Positions 60,111 to 61,094 of a stretch of 61,094 bases of DNA are shown piece after piece; the stretch's first letter is position 1; each line of letters opens with the position of its first letter. The stretch is from an uncultured virus (IMG/VR IMGVR_UViG_2061766007_000583) (lineage: Duplodnaviria; Heunggongvirae; Uroviricota; Caudoviricetes). Below the pieces are notes generated by a model that saw nothing but the letters and a program-made list of their open reading frames with translations, did no database searches and had not been told where the DNA came from. The DNA is taken from IMG/VR virus record IMGVR_UViG_2061766007_000583, one strand, 5' to 3'. Both the position numbers and the translations under genes were made by a program.

Positions 60111-61094
60111 GGAATTAACTTCACAAGTGCATTACAGACGACAAATAAAACCATTACCGGCGCAATCAATGAGGTTGCGCAAGGTGGTGGAGGTGGTTCT
60201 TCTACACTTGAAGGCTTGTCGGATGTTGATATTGATACATTAACACTTGATGATGGACAGGGTTTGGTTTATGACGAAACCGAAGGCAAGTGGGTAAATG
60301 GTTCAGCGAGTGGCGGTGGACATACCATAGTTGATAATAGTGGAACTTCTCTTGCACAAGAGCCGAAGTTAAAACTTAATGGTATGTATGTTCACGATGA
60401 TTCAGCCAATCAAACAACGGTAGGCGAGTATTATCGAGAAATGACAACGGCACAATACAATCAGTTGTCGGCAGCCGAAAAGCAGGGAATGATTCGACTA
60501 ACAGACAATAACTATATAGGCGAAGCAGACGATATTCTTTATGAGAGTGACGGACAGGGAAACGATGTAACAGTAGGGGATAAATTAGATTCTATTGTTG
60601 AAGGTCATACTATAAAGAACGATAGTGGAACATCACTCACACAAAGGGACACACTTCAAACAACAGGTGTTTATGCACATGATGATAGCACAAATTCAAA
60701 GACAGTAATTGAGGTTGTGCGAGAGTTCAATTCCGTAGCCAACATAGAAGCCTTAACGGGCGAAGAAGCAAAAGGCTTTCAGCACCTTGATGATGATGTG
60801 TATGACGAGTTTACGGCAGGGGATATAGGTTTTGATAATTCCGATACTTCTTTCGTTGGAACTAATGTTCAAGATGTGTTGGAAGAAGTTGATACGAAGA
60901 TTGATGAATTGCAAGTTGAAAAGGATAGTTCGCAGACAATGTTTACTATTCGTAAGCAAGGAAATGTTGTATCAATTCATCTAAACCTTGCAAGTCTGTC
61001 ATTAAAGTCTGACGGATTTACTCTGTCGCAATCAATACCTTCTGAATACAGACCTAACGAAACTTTTAGGTGTTTTACTATGGTATATAATGGA
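60111..61094 (+). CDS. Tail fibre fragment (open at both ends)
   Basis: Uninterrupted 328-codon frame: LQTTNKTITGAINEV, LSDVDI, GHTI..SGTSL repeats, VREFNSVANIEALTGE, IPSEYRP. Confidence 0.7.

Noticed and set aside
1..61094. CRISPR array, alternative genetic code, and the many short antisense ORFs in the track
   Set aside because: No regularly spaced repeat-spacer array was seen; genes are full length in the standard code; antisense ORFs are shadows of well-supported genes and lack RBS or motifs

Overview
A gapped, metagenome-style scaffold that joins pieces of at least three tailed Firmicutes-type phages. (A) 1-~27,990 (+): the AT-rich virion morphogenesis operon of a large siphovirus (terminase, portal, protease/scaffold, decoration, capsid, neck, tail tube, tape measure, baseplate/tail fibre). 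Two group I introns interrupt it: one in the large terminase with a LAGLIDADG endonuclease, and one in the tape measure gene with a Vsr/EDxHD-like endonuclease. It also carries an orphan MazF/PemK endoribonuclease and a RuvC-like resolvase among the tail genes. Four intergenic RNA structures in this operon are each followed within 1-3 nt by the same 8-mer GUACAUAA, which contains the UACAU target of Firmicutes MazF enzymes. This suggests programmed MazF processing of the late mRNA and is the best candidate for a new system here. (B) A temperate HK97-type siphovirus split into two oppositely oriented contigs: structural genes at 29,090-41,731 (-), and lysis, intact attP (tRNA 3' end core), integrase, immunity, replication/recombination, PcfK/PcfJ, two glycosyltransferases and HNH at 44,120-57,806 (+). 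Its notable features are a GT2-GT4 fusion ending in a copy of the small domain encoded right after the major capsid gene, and an apparently circularly permuted tail tube protein. (C) Short tail/tail-fibre contigs from related phages (28,011-29,079; 41,742-44,110; 57,817-61,094) that share exact sequence blocks with A and B. All annotations come from reading motifs by eye; no database searches were run.
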